Positions 16,049-24,895 of a stretch of 24,924 nucleotides of DNA are shown piece after piece (within the stretch, counting starts at the first letter, position 1; the number at the start of each line of letters is the position of its first letter). Origin of the DNA: Candidatus Micrarchaeota archaeon (GTDB lineage: Archaea; Micrarchaeota; Micrarchaeia; Anstonellales; Anstonellaceae). The stretch spans positions 1 to 24,924 of the forward strand of contig JBDRNY010000085.1 in assembly GCA_043810635.1 (NCBI GenBank), given 5' to 3'. Under the pieces are notes generated by a model. It saw nothing but the letters and a program-made list of their open reading frames with translations. It did no database searches and was not told where the DNA came from. The translations under genes were made by a program, and so were the position numbers.

Positions 16049-16279
16049 CTATCCATCCCCTACTTTTGAAACTATTATTCTCTGCGCCTGCCCCCTTCCA
16101 ATCGCGATTTTTGAGTCAAGCACCTTTATTATCACCGGGCCGTAATCTGCCCTCAAAACCCTTATTCTTGCCCCTTCATACACTCCCAAATCACAAAGCC
16201 TTTGCCTCATGTTTCTTCCGCCCTCTATCCTTTCCACTTTAAATTCCTGGTTTTTTTCTGCCTGCAAAAGAGATATCAT
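16049..16279 (-). CDS. feoA: ferrous iron transport protein A
   Basis: RL.DLG...G..I.V......GPVI..V....IAIGRGQA..I.V; AGGTG SD favours ATG 16279. Confidence 0.93.
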   Translation of the reverse strand: MISLLQAEKNQEFKVERIEGGRNMRQRLCDLGVYEGARIRVLRADYGPVIIKVLDSKIAIGRGQAQRIIVSKVGDG

Positions 16280-16291
16280 ATCCACACCTGC

Positions 16292-16654
16292 TTATTTTTT
16301 CTTATAATTTTCAATTGCTTTTTTCAGTGCATTTTGCGCCAAAATTGAGCAATGCACTTTTACAAGAGGCACTTCCCCCATTTTTTTAACAACATCTTTT
16401 CCGCTCACTTTCAATGCCTTTTCCAAACTCTTCCCCTTCACAATTTCGCACAAATAATCTGAGGAGGCAATTGCGGCAACGCATCCATAAGTTTTGAATT
16501 TAATGTCAGAAATTTTCCCCTTTTTCACCTTAATATAAATTCTCATTATATCTCCGCACTTAAAATTCCCAACTTCGCCTACAGCATCTGCATTTTTCAT
16601 TTCCCCGGCAAATTTCGGCTTTGAAAACCTTTTCATTATTTTTTTTGAATACAT
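16292..16654 (-). CDS. iscU: Fe-S cluster scaffold protein IscU/NifU-N
   Basis: MYS.K....F..P...G, GN..CGD, YGC.AAIASS, K.HC; start ATG 16654 has a GGTG SD (the track's 16723 start extends into repeats). Confidence 0.95.
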   Translation of the reverse strand: MYSKKIMKRFSKPKFAGEMKNADAVGEVGNFKCGDIMRIYIKVKKGKISDIKFKTYGCVAAIASSDYLCEIVKGKSLEKALKVSGKDVVKKMGEVPLVKVHCSILAQNALKKAIENYKKK

Positions 16655-16671
16655 GCCCAACACCAAATTCA

Positions 16672-16803
16672 TTTTTTTCTCAGCAACCACCAATATTACT
16701 TTTCCCGCCTGCCATTTTCGCATTTATTTTTCCACAACCACCAATATATTATCTTCCCCGCCTCATTCTTTTCCACCAATACATCATCTTCCTTCGCTCA
16801 TCT
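16672..16803. repeat. three degenerate tandem repeats in the iscS-iscU spacer
   Basis: CAACCACCAATATTACTTTTCCCGCCTGCCATT (~16684), CAACCACCAATATATTATCTTCCCCGCCTCATT (~16735), CCACCAATACATCATCTTCCTTCGCTCAT (~16773). Confidence 0.7.
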
Positions 16804-16840
16804 CCCCCGCAATATTTTCCTCGGCAACCGAATTTTTATT

Positions 16841-17995
16841 TTATTTTTTTGCTACCGGTGATATTTCCCGCAGCCTTTCCACAGCTTTTTTAGTTTCTTT
16901 TACAGCAAATTCAATTTCCTCTTTCGTATTCTCCCTGCTTAATGAAAATCTAATCGAACCGTGCGCCCTTTCATGATTATTTTTGCTTATTGCCATTATA
17001 ACATGCGACGCATCCAAACTTTTGGATGCACATGCCGAGCCTGTTGATGCGCAAATTCCTTCCCCATCCAATTCCGCAACAATAGATTCCCCTTCCACTC
17101 CTTTAAATGAAATATTAATATTATTGCAAATTCTTTTTTCCCCCCTCGGCCCGTTCAATTTCGTCCCTTCAATTTCCAATAATTTTTCAATAAACCAATC
17201 CCTCAATTCCGCCATCTCCCGCACATATTTCTCATTCATCCCAATTTCAGCAGCTTTTGCAAACCCGCAAATGCCCGGCACATTTTCAGTGCCGCTTCTC
17301 ATATTTTTTTCATGCCCCCCTCCATGCAAAAGAGGAATTATTTTCACCCCCTTTTTAACATAAAGCGCTCCCACTCCCTTCGGCCCATGAATTTTATGGG
17401 AATTTAATGTAATCAAATCAGCCATTGATGCATCTAATTTTGCTTTTGTAAATGACTGGCATCCATCCGTATGAAAATAAACATTTTTCCTTTTGCATAT
17501 ATCATAAATCCCGCTCAAGTTTTGTATCGTTCCTACCTCATTATTTGCATGTATAATTGAAACCAATATTGTATCTTCTCGAATTTTTTGCTCAAGCTCG
17601 TTTAAATTTACAAATCCTTCCCCATTCACATCCAGGTAATCAACACTAAACCCCTGCCCTTCCAGCCATTTGCATGCATTCAGCACGCAGTCGTGCTCAA
17701 TTTTAGTCGTAATAATATGCTTTTTATCAGGGTTTGAGAATGCAATTCCTTTTATTGCCAAATTATTTGCCTCAGTCCCCCCGCTTGTAAATATTATTTC
17801 CCCCTCCCCTTCTTTTGCATTTATTGCCCCGGCTATCACTTTCCTCGCCTTCTCAATTTCCCCCCTGGCTTCCACCCCCTTGTGGTGTATTGAAGAGGCA
17901 TTTCCATAATATTCTGTTTGGCATTTTTCCACAGCTTTTGCTGCCTCTTTGCATATTCTTGTGGTTGCAGCATTGTCTAAGTAAATTGTTTTCAT
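16841..17995 (-). CDS. iscS: cysteine desulfurase (IscS/NifS, group I)
   Basis: IYLDNAATT, FTSGGTEANN, EH, NNEVGTIQ, HTD..Q, SHKIHGPKGVG (PLP Lys), RSGTEN, STGSAC. Confidence 0.97.
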   Translation of the reverse strand: MKTIYLDNAATTRICKEAAKAVEKCQTEYYGNASSIHHKGVEARGEIEKARKVIAGAINAKEGEGEIIFTSGGTEANNLAIKGIAFSNPDKKHIITTKIEHDCVLNACKWLEGQGFSVDYLDVNGEGFVNLNELEQKIREDTILVSIIHANNEVGTIQNLSGIYDICKRKNVYFHTDGCQSFTKAKLDASMADLITLNSHKIHGPKGVGALYVKKGVKIIPLLHGGGHEKNMRSGTENVPGICGFAKAAEIGMNEKYVREMAELRDWFIEKLLEIEGTKLNGPRGEKRICNNINISFKGVEGESIVAELDGEGICASTGSACASKSLDASHVIMAISKNNHERAHGSIRFSLSRENTKEEIEFAVKETKKAVERLREISPVAKK

Positions 17996-18046
17996 TTCCA
18001 GCCCTCTCTTCAGCCTGCTATCTATTCCTGCTTTTTAGCACTATTT

Positions 18047-18079
18047 ATAGTCTTGCCTAAATAATTTAGCCCCAACTAA
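18047..18079. promoter_or_regulatory. two tandem DtxR/MntR-type boxes (TTAG-N6-CTAA-like)
   Basis: ATAG-TCTTGC-CTAA (18047-18060) and TTAG-CCCCAA-CTAA (18066-18079), next to TTTAAATA (18081-18088), between the divergent iscS and regulator genes. Confidence 0.7.
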
Positions 18080-18109
18080 CTTTAAATATCCTTCCCCCCA
18101 TACATTTTC

Positions 18110-18589
18110 ATGGCAAGCAGGGCTGTTGAGGACTATTTGCGGGCAATCTCTTTTTTAATAAATGAAAAAGGCTATGCCCGCACAACCGATATTGCAAAGC
18201 AGCTGGGCGTAAAATCCCCGAGCGTGACAAACATGCTTTCCCGCCTTCAAAAGGAAGAATATATAATATACGAAAAATACGGGGGCACCCGCCTTACCCA
18301 GAAAGGAAAGGAGCTTGCAAAAAACATCGAGGCAAGGTGCATAACATTCAAAAAATTCCTGCAAAAAATATCTGTCCCCATGCGCTTTATCGAGCAGGAC
18401 GCACATCTGCTCGAGCACGGCCTTCACCCCAAAACAATGCTTCAAATATCAAAATTTGTGGAATTTGTTGAAAAGTTCGGGGAGCGCCCCTGCTTTTTTG
18501 AGCATTTTCACACCTATTGCAAAACAGGCAGCATTCCGGGGTGCAATTTGCCCTTAAAAAAGAAGGTAAGCAGGGCTAAAAATAAATAA
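18110..18589 (+). CDS. DtxR/MntR-family metal-dependent transcriptional regulator
   Basis: EDYL..I, AR..DIA..LGV..PSVT.ML.RL, Y.KY....LT..G...A, A..LEH. Confidence 0.93.
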   Translation: MASRAVEDYLRAISFLINEKGYARTTDIAKQLGVKSPSVTNMLSRLQKEEYIIYEKYGGTRLTQKGKELAKNIEARCITFKKFLQKISVPMRFIEQDAHLLEHGLHPKTMLQISKFVEFVEKFGERPCFFEHFHTYCKTGSIPGCNLPLKKKVSRAKNK

Positions 18590-18623
18590 AAGCATTGGCT
18601 ACAAGAATAGTAATGTGATATTT

Positions 18624-19646
18624 ATGAAATTTATGTATTCATTTCTTTTGATATTTGCAATTTTATCTGTTTCCTTCCTTCTCTCGGGATGCACAGCCTC
18701 TTCCTGCACAACAGACAAAAATTGCAGGGATTGGCAAAAATGCGATGTTGACCAAAATATATGCGTATTGCAGGAAGGTGCATGCGATTCCGGCGCAGAC
18801 TGCAATGATTCCTTAAAATTCTGCAACACTTCCCTCCATATGTGCCAATATAATTATGGAAAGTGCCGTGAAGACGGGGATTGCGAAGGCTGGCAATTGT
18901 GCGCAGTATTTGAAAACCAATGCAAGCCAAAAGCAGGCTATTGCGATTCAGACTCTTATTGTGATTTGCAGAAGGAGAGGTGCGACGAGCGCACCCATAC
19001 ATGCAGGCCGAAAAAAGGGCTGTGCAAAAATACATTTGACTGCGAAGCATACCAGACATGCGGCATATCCCAGGGAAGATGTGTCCCGCTTGGGGGAAGG
19101 TGCGATATTGAAACAGACTGCGAAGGCTATATGACATGCAATGCTTCAAATTATTGTGTTGCGAGGCAGGGATTTTGCGTAAATGACTTGGATTGCGAAG
19201 AATATCAGTATTGCGATTCAAATATAAAGAGGTGCCGCACTGCATCTGGCTATTGTGATGAAGAAGAAGATTGCACCCAATGGGAGCTTTGCAACCGCCA
19301 AACCCACAAATGCGAGCCGAAAAAGAATTTCTGCGGTGCTGCAGGGGATTGTGAAAGCTGGCAGGTGTGCGACATATCAAACAAAAGATGTTTGCCCCGC
19401 CCGGGAATGTGCTCAGATAATATTGATTGCGGCCCGTGGCAGGAATGCAACACAAAAACGCATGAATGCAAAACAAAAGCAGGCTATTGCCAAACATCAG
19501 CAGACTGCAAAATGGACCAAAGGTGCGACAACAACCCGGCATCAGACACTGCATACAGGTGTGTAAATATATTATGCAGAAGCAATGATGACTGCCCCGG
19601 CTCCTCGTGCGACCCAACAACACAAAGATGCCGAGGAGATAAATAA
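18624..19646 (+). CDS. secreted lipoprotein of 12 tandem 4-Cys repeats
   Basis: Signal peptide with LLSGC lipobox, then 12 units of ~26 aa, C-x5-C-x(4-6)-C-x(~6)-C, often xDC.xWQ.C; start ATG 18624 (track uses GTG 18615). Confidence 0.88.
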   Translation: MKFMYSFLLIFAILSVSFLLSGCTASSCTTDKNCRDWQKCDVDQNICVLQEGACDSGADCNDSLKFCNTSLHMCQYNYGKCREDGDCEGWQLCAVFENQCKPKAGYCDSDSYCDLQKERCDERTHTCRPKKGLCKNTFDCEAYQTCGISQGRCVPLGGRCDIETDCEGYMTCNASNYCVARQGFCVNDLDCEEYQYCDSNIKRCRTASGYCDEEEDCTQWELCNRQTHKCEPKKNFCGAAGDCESWQVCDISNKRCLPRPGMCSDNIDCGPWQECNTKTHECKTKAGYCQTSADCKMDQRCDNNPASDTAYRCVNILCRSNDDCPGSSCDPTTQRCRGDK

Positions 19647-19675
19647 TTTCTGATTAATAGCAAGATGGTGATATA

Positions 19676-20758
19676 ATGTACAATTTTGAAGATGAATGGG
19701 GGCCTGAAAGAATTTTGGAAGTATATGATGCAAAAACAAAAACTCACGGAGTGGTTGTAATAGACAATACTGCCCTTGGTGTTGGAAAAGGCGGAATGAG
19801 AATGGTTCCTGACATTTCAACAGCAGAGGTGTTCTATCTTGCGCGCGCAATGACTTGGAAAAATGCTTTGGCAGATATTCCTTTTGGAGGGGCAAAAGCA
19901 GGATTAAAAGCAGACCCCCGCACTGTTAACAGGGAGGAAGCTATCCGTTCCTTTGCCCGCCTTCTTTCCCCTCTAATACCAAAACATTACATTTCCGGCC
20001 CTGACATGAATATTACTGAAAAAGAAATGGCATGGTTTTCAGATGAATTAAAAGATAAAAATGCATGCACAGGAAAACCCATAGAAATGGGGGGGCTTCC
20101 CCATGAATTAGGTTCCACAGGCTATGGAGTTGCATTGGCAACAAAAGTTGCATCAGAATTTTTGAAAAAAGATTTGAGCAACACTAGTGTTGCAATTGAG
20201 GGGTATGGAAATGTCGGCACATTTACCCACAAATTTTTAGAAGAAATGGGCGCAAAAATAATTGCAATCTCAGATTCCAAAGGCACAGCATATCTAAAAG
20301 AAGGGCTGAAATACGAGAAAGCGCTTGCAGTAAAAAAAGAGAAAAAAACAATTACAGCTTACGAAGGTGCGGAAATAAAATCCAATGTCGCACTGTTTGA
20401 ATTGGATGTTGACATTCTAATACCTGGCGCGAGGCCAAATGTAATTACTGAGAAAAATGTAAATAATATAAAATCAAAATTGGTTGTAGAAGCAGGAAAC
20501 ATACCCACCACTCCTGAAATGGAATTATTGCTTGCAAAAAAAGGCATAATGGTAATACCGGATTTTGTTGCAAATGCGGGCGGGGTAATTTCCTCTTATG
20601 TTGAATTTAAGGGGGGAAATGAAAAAGAGATGTTTAAAGTAGTGGAAGAAAAAATACTTTCCAATACAAAAAAAGTGCTTGAAAATACAAAAGAATTGAA
20701 TGTCCGTGCCTCCGCCCTTCAAATAGCTCAGGAAAGGGTAAGAAAAGCAATGAAATAA
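19676..20758 (+). CDS. gdhA: Glu/Leu/Phe/Val dehydrogenase (probable glutamate dehydrogenase)
   Basis: GKGG.R, AMTWKNA....PFGGAKAG, GPDM, TGKP...GG, TGYGV, GYGNVG Rossmann motif, EAGN.P, PDFVANAGGVISSY.E. Confidence 0.92.
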   Translation: MYNFEDEWGPERILEVYDAKTKTHGVVVIDNTALGVGKGGMRMVPDISTAEVFYLARAMTWKNALADIPFGGAKAGLKADPRTVNREEAIRSFARLLSPLIPKHYISGPDMNITEKEMAWFSDELKDKNACTGKPIEMGGLPHELGSTGYGVALATKVASEFLKKDLSNTSVAIEGYGNVGTFTHKFLEEMGAKIIAISDSKGTAYLKEGLKYEKALAVKKEKKTITAYEGAEIKSNVALFELDVDILIPGARPNVITEKNVNNIKSKLVVEAGNIPTTPEMELLLAKKGIMVIPDFVANAGGVISSYVEFKGGNEKEMFKVVEEKILSNTKKVLENTKELNVRASALQIAQERVRKAMK

Positions 20759-20900
20759 AAAATAATTTTTTCTTGCAAATCTCCGGCCGCGTGTATTAAA
20801 AAATGATAAAAAATACGGCCGGTGCAAAAATTGCGGGAAATCAGACCATTAAAAAGCAATAAAAAATGTTAGTGTATTCTCCTTAAAGGTGTTTTTTGAT

Positions 20901-22148
20901 ATGCCGGAAACAGTGTATGATTCAAAAGTGTATCAATTGGCGGTAATAGGCGCAGGCCCTGCCGGGCTTTCAGCAGCCTATAATGCGGCAAAAGAAGGGG
21001 TTGAAACAATAATTTTGGAAGAGCACAAAAAAGTGGGCGAGCCGGTGCATTGCGGGGAATGCCTTTCCAAAATAGCGGCCGAAAGAATAAAGCTTCAGCT
21101 TCCTCCTGATTCAATTGCGCAAAAAGTGAAAGGAATAAGGGTGGTTTTCCCTGACGGCACTGATGTAATTTTGCGGGAGGAGGGCTATGCGCTTCACAAG
21201 GAAATTTTTGAGCAGTATTTGGCAGTGCGCGCCCAGGGTGCCGGCGCAACCCTAAGAACCGGGGTGCGCATACTTGGCATGGCAAGAAAAGAGGGCATAT
21301 GGTCTCTCAATTCCTCTGTATGCGCCATAAAGGCAAATGTTGTGATTGATGCATCAGGCTATGAAAGCGTTTCAAACAAGCTTACCAAAATAAACCAAAA
21401 GAAATTTGAAATAATAAACGGGGCGCAATATTTGATTGAAAATGTGCAAAACGACGGTTTTATTGAATTTTTCCTCTGGCCAAGGCTCGCCCCCCACGGC
21501 TATTTGTGGATAATTCCAAAAGGAGAAGGAAGGGCAAATGTGGGCATTGTAAGCAATGATCCTAAAACCATCCACAAAAATTTGAAAAAATTCTTAAAAG
21601 AAAAAGCTCTTGACAAAAGCAAAATAATCCGCCCCTTCGGCGGAGCCATACCTTCCTCCGGTCCCTTCCCCCGCACTCATGCTGACGGTATTTTGCTTGC
21701 AGGCGATGCTGCAGGGTTTACTTCCCCTATGTTCGAGGGAGGCACCCAGCTTGCCCTGAAAAGCGGGGAGCTGGCAGGGCAAACAATTGCAAACATTGTG
21801 AAAGATTCAAAAAAACCGAAGGAAAAAACTCCTGAAGAGAAAGGAAAAAAAGAAGTGGGAGATTTATTTTTGGAAAACTCATTAAAGCCTTATGAAGCCG
21901 CATGGAAAAAAGAATTTCCCCCCTATCCAAAGCTTTTGAAGGCAAACGAGCATTTCTACCAATACAATGAGCAGGAATTAAACCAGATAGCAAAAATACT
22001 TCCAGAAGACCTTACTTCTGTCGGAATAGGCGGCAAATTGAAAATAGGGGTGCGCCTCATAACCCAGGCCCCGAAACTGGCTACAAAAAATTTCTCCTCT
22101 GCAATGAAAGCATTTTCCTATTCAACAGGGAAAAATTACGGCTGGTAA
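20901..22148 (+). CDS. geranylgeranyl reductase family FAD-dependent oxidoreductase (archaeal lipid DGGGPL reductase-like)
   Basis: VIGAGPAG, PVHCGE, AP.GY.WI.PKG, ANVG, GDAAG...P...GG; AGGTG SD supports ATG 20901. Confidence 0.92.
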   Translation: MPETVYDSKVYQLAVIGAGPAGLSAAYNAAKEGVETIILEEHKKVGEPVHCGECLSKIAAERIKLQLPPDSIAQKVKGIRVVFPDGTDVILREEGYALHKEIFEQYLAVRAQGAGATLRTGVRILGMARKEGIWSLNSSVCAIKANVVIDASGYESVSNKLTKINQKKFEIINGAQYLIENVQNDGFIEFFLWPRLAPHGYLWIIPKGEGRANVGIVSNDPKTIHKNLKKFLKEKALDKSKIIRPFGGAIPSSGPFPRTHADGILLAGDAAGFTSPMFEGGTQLALKSGELAGQTIANIVKDSKKPKEKTPEEKGKKEVGDLFLENSLKPYEAAWKKEFPPYPKLLKANEHFYQYNEQELNQIAKILPEDLTSVGIGGKLKIGVRLITQAPKLATKNFSSAMKAFSYSTGKNYGW

Positions 22149-22149
22149 A

Positions 22150-22830
22150 TTATTTTTTCTTTTCTTGTGCTTTCGGGGGGCCGTATGCCAATGCAAGCGC
22201 AAGGCAGCTTGCAAGCATGCATTCAATTGCAAGCGCAAATGCCAAAAATGCAATCTGAAGCAGCCCTATCCCATCCAAAATCTGCCTTTTGCTGGTTTCA
22301 AGCGAAATTGACATTTCCTGCAAATCCATGCTTGCCGCAGAAAAGGATTGAAACCCCTCCTGTGCATCGCTTCCCATTCCCTCCACTTCATCTGCTGACT
22401 GGTAAAAATATCCTGCAGACTGGCGCATATCTTCTACTGCCTCATCCAAACCCGCTATTCCTATCCCCCCAATCTGCAACCCCGCAATTGCTGAAAACGA
22501 ATTTGCGCTAGAATTTACCCCTTTTCCAAATGTGCGCAAAGAGCTTCCCAGCTTCTGGGTTGCACTGTTCGCATCCTCACTCATTTCAGAAAAGTTTGCA
22601 AGTGCAAGGGAAGCATCCCCCATCGCGGCTTTTGCATTGTCAATAGGGGCAACTACTGAATTTGCAACAGCGCCAAGTGCAAAATATGAAGCCACTCCGC
22701 CCAGCAGCCCTATAATCATGCCAATAATGCAAAATACAACCACTGCCCCCCAAAGCCCGTATTTTGCCGCATGTGAAAAAGAAAGCTTGTTGGGCGTGCT
22801 GTCACTATACTGTTTTTCAAAAAAAGCCAA
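22150..22830 (-). CDS. hypothetical membrane protein, two TM helices flanking an Ala/Ser-rich helical region
   Basis: Hydrophobic segments near both termini; TTG start 1 nt after the upstream gene's stop, with GGGGAG SD. Confidence 0.75.
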   Translation of the reverse strand: MAFFEKQYSDSTPNKLSFSHAAKYGLWGAVVVFCIIGMIIGLLGGVASYFALGAVANSVVAPIDNAKAAMGDASLALANFSEMSEDANSATQKLGSSLRTFGKGVNSSANSFSAIAGLQIGGIGIAGLDEAVEDMRQSAGYFYQSADEVEGMGSDAQEGFQSFSAASMDLQEMSISLETSKRQILDGIGLLQIAFLAFALAIECMLASCLALALAYGPPKAQEKKK

Positions 22831-22831
22831 A

Positions 22832-24895
22832 TTATCTCCCCCTCTTTTTTCCCCCTTTAATTTTCCTTATCAATTCCCTGCTGTCCCATCCTTTCAGCTC
22901 CCACTTCCTTTTTTCAATTCTTTTTCTTGCAAAAAATATTGTAACCACTGCAATAATGGCAATTGCAAAAAACATCCCCGCAAGCACCATCACAATGCCT
23001 CCGAATTCATAATTCCCTTCCCTCACATCCCCTGCATATATCAGCGCCTTTTCAACATGCGCCGACGCCCTCTCCGGGTTTTCGTAAATTATTTCTTCAG
23101 CCATTTCAAGCTCTTCGGCAGCCCTGCTTTTTCCAACAAACAGCCCCTGACTTGCATTAACAATTTCCCATGCATCATGGATTTCCTTTCTCACGCTTTC
23201 AATTTTTTCTTCTTTTTCATCCAGCTTTTTTTCAATTTCATTTAATTGTGCTTCCGCGCTGTTAAGGCTGTTATTTGCCTCATCCAGCACACCTGCGTTT
23301 ACAAGCGCATTTGCGCTGCTGATAAGGGTTTCCACAGGCTTAAGATTAACATCTTCTGAAACAACATTTGCTTTTCCTTCCATTTCATCAAGCTTTATGG
23401 TCAATTCTGCGGCCCGGCTTTCTATTAAAATTTTCTGGGTTTCCCTTACATCCCTCTCTTCATCAACCTTCTCCGCCTCTTTTTCCTTCCCCTCTTCATA
23501 CTCCTCTTCCATTTCCTTGGTGCTTTTTTCAACAGAAATAACAATATCTGCGCATTCGTTAAATAGTTCCTCTTCAAGTTTTGCCTCCCCCTCGCTTAAA
23601 TATGCTGACATTTGCTCGATTTTTTTCTGCCCTTCCAAATCCAGGGTTTTTGCCCCATAATAATTTAATGCGGTTTTTGCATCATCAATTCTTTTTGCAA
23701 GCTCTGTATTGAGCGATTCTTTTTCCTCCGCTTTTCTTTCCTCTATTTCATCAAGCGCCTCTTTCATGCTGTTTCTTGCCATTGCATGCTCTTCCCCCAT
23801 CAAATATCCATACGCTTCGTCAATTTTCTCCTCCCCATCAAATTTTTCATGAGCCGCTCCCAGACTGTCCAGCACATCAATTACTCCCCTCTTATATTCC
23901 TGCACCGTCACATTTGCAAGCTTTATTTCATATTCCAAATTCTGCTTGCTGGCGCTCCAGTTTATTGAATATTGCACAACCCTCCAGTTGTTTTTGTCAA
24001 TAATATAAAGCATGTTTCCGTGCAGCCTCAAAACACCCGGGCTTTCAAATTCATACTCTCCCTTTCCGCTGCTTCCAAAGCTTTCAATCATATTTCCTGA
24101 ATTGTCAAACACCACTATTCTGTCATTTTCTGAATCTGAAACATAAATTCTTGAGCCGTCAGACACCACTCCTTTTGGCAGTGACAGCACCGCCCCTCCT
24201 TTTCCTGTGCCCATTGATTCAATATATTCAAAATTCCTGTCAAACACTTCCACCCTGTTATTTCCAGCATCTGCAATATATATTCTGTCTTCGGTAAAAT
24301 ACATATCTGCAGGAGAATTCAGCCTCCCCGAGCCCATCCCTTTTCCAAAACGGTCCTCCCCATAATTCCTGGTTTCCATATCATATTCCAACAATTTGCT
24401 TTCCTCCCTGTCAAGCACCCACAAAGTGTTTCCTTCAACCCAAATTGCAGCAGGCTCTGGAAGCAGTGCTTTTTGGAGTTTTATACCAACAATTCCCTCT
24501 CTATCAGTGTGAAAAAGCACTTCCTGCCTGCCCCTGTCTGCAATATAAACAATGTCTTCAGTATAATTCCTGTCTTCAGTATAAACCGTGTCTTCAGTAA
24601 GAAATATTCCTGTGGGGGATGTTAAAGAGGAAAATATTCCTGAATCCGCTATTTTTTTCACAACATGGTCGCTTGAATTTATTACATACACTGCCTGCCT
24701 TGAAGAGTCAGACACATATATCAAGCCCTCATAATCTATAGCCAGCCCTTCCAGATTTGTAAGAGTAACATTCACATACCCAAAACCTTCCGACGCGTTG
24801 TATGATGCCACATATGTAAATGTATTGTTTTGTGCAGAAAATATTGAGGCAAAAAGCAACAATACAGCAAACGCTACAGTTTTTTTGTATTCCAT
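22832..24895 (-). CDS. surface-anchored NHL-repeat beta-propeller protein with coiled-coil stalk and C-terminal TM anchor
   Basis: Signal peptide; repeated P.G......IY(V/I)(A/S)D..N.R(V/I).VFD units; Glu/Lys/Ala heptad region; C-terminal hydrophobic helix and basic tail. Confidence 0.9.
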   Translation of the reverse strand: MEYKKTVAFAVLLLFASIFSAQNNTFTYVASYNASEGFGYVNVTLTNLEGLAIDYEGLIYVSDSSRQAVYVINSSDHVVKKIADSGIFSSLTSPTGIFLTEDTVYTEDRNYTEDIVYIADRGRQEVLFHTDREGIVGIKLQKALLPEPAAIWVEGNTLWVLDREESKLLEYDMETRNYGEDRFGKGMGSGRLNSPADMYFTEDRIYIADAGNNRVEVFDRNFEYIESMGTGKGGAVLSLPKGVVSDGSRIYVSDSENDRIVVFDNSGNMIESFGSSGKGEYEFESPGVLRLHGNMLYIIDKNNWRVVQYSINWSASKQNLEYEIKLANVTVQEYKRGVIDVLDSLGAAHEKFDGEEKIDEAYGYLMGEEHAMARNSMKEALDEIEERKAEEKESLNTELAKRIDDAKTALNYYGAKTLDLEGQKKIEQMSAYLSEGEAKLEEELFNECADIVISVEKSTKEMEEEYEEGKEKEAEKVDEERDVRETQKILIESRAAELTIKLDEMEGKANVVSEDVNLKPVETLISSANALVNAGVLDEANNSLNSAEAQLNEIEKKLDEKEEKIESVRKEIHDAWEIVNASQGLFVGKSRAAEELEMAEEIIYENPERASAHVEKALIYAGDVREGNYEFGGIVMVLAGMFFAIAIIAVVTIFFARKRIEKRKWELKGWDSRELIRKIKGGKKRGR
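24544..24597. repeat. in-frame 18-bp tandem triplication within the NHL gene
   Basis: TATAAACAATGTCTTCAG / TATAATTCCTGTCTTCAG / TATAAACCGTGTCTTCAG, encoding TEDTVY-TEDRNY-TEDIVY. Confidence 0.85.

Noticed and set aside
16655..16723. N-terminal extension of IscU (track start 16723)
   Set aside because: IscU homology begins at MYSKK (16654), which has its own GGTG SD; the extension lies in the repeat spacer.
18631..19623. 330-aa minus-strand ORF
   Set aside because: Antisense shadow of the Cys-repeat lipoprotein; no recognisable domain.
20767..20852. Tiny CxxC ORF (..GRCKNCGKSDH*)
   Set aside because: No in-frame start codon after the upstream stop; probably chance.
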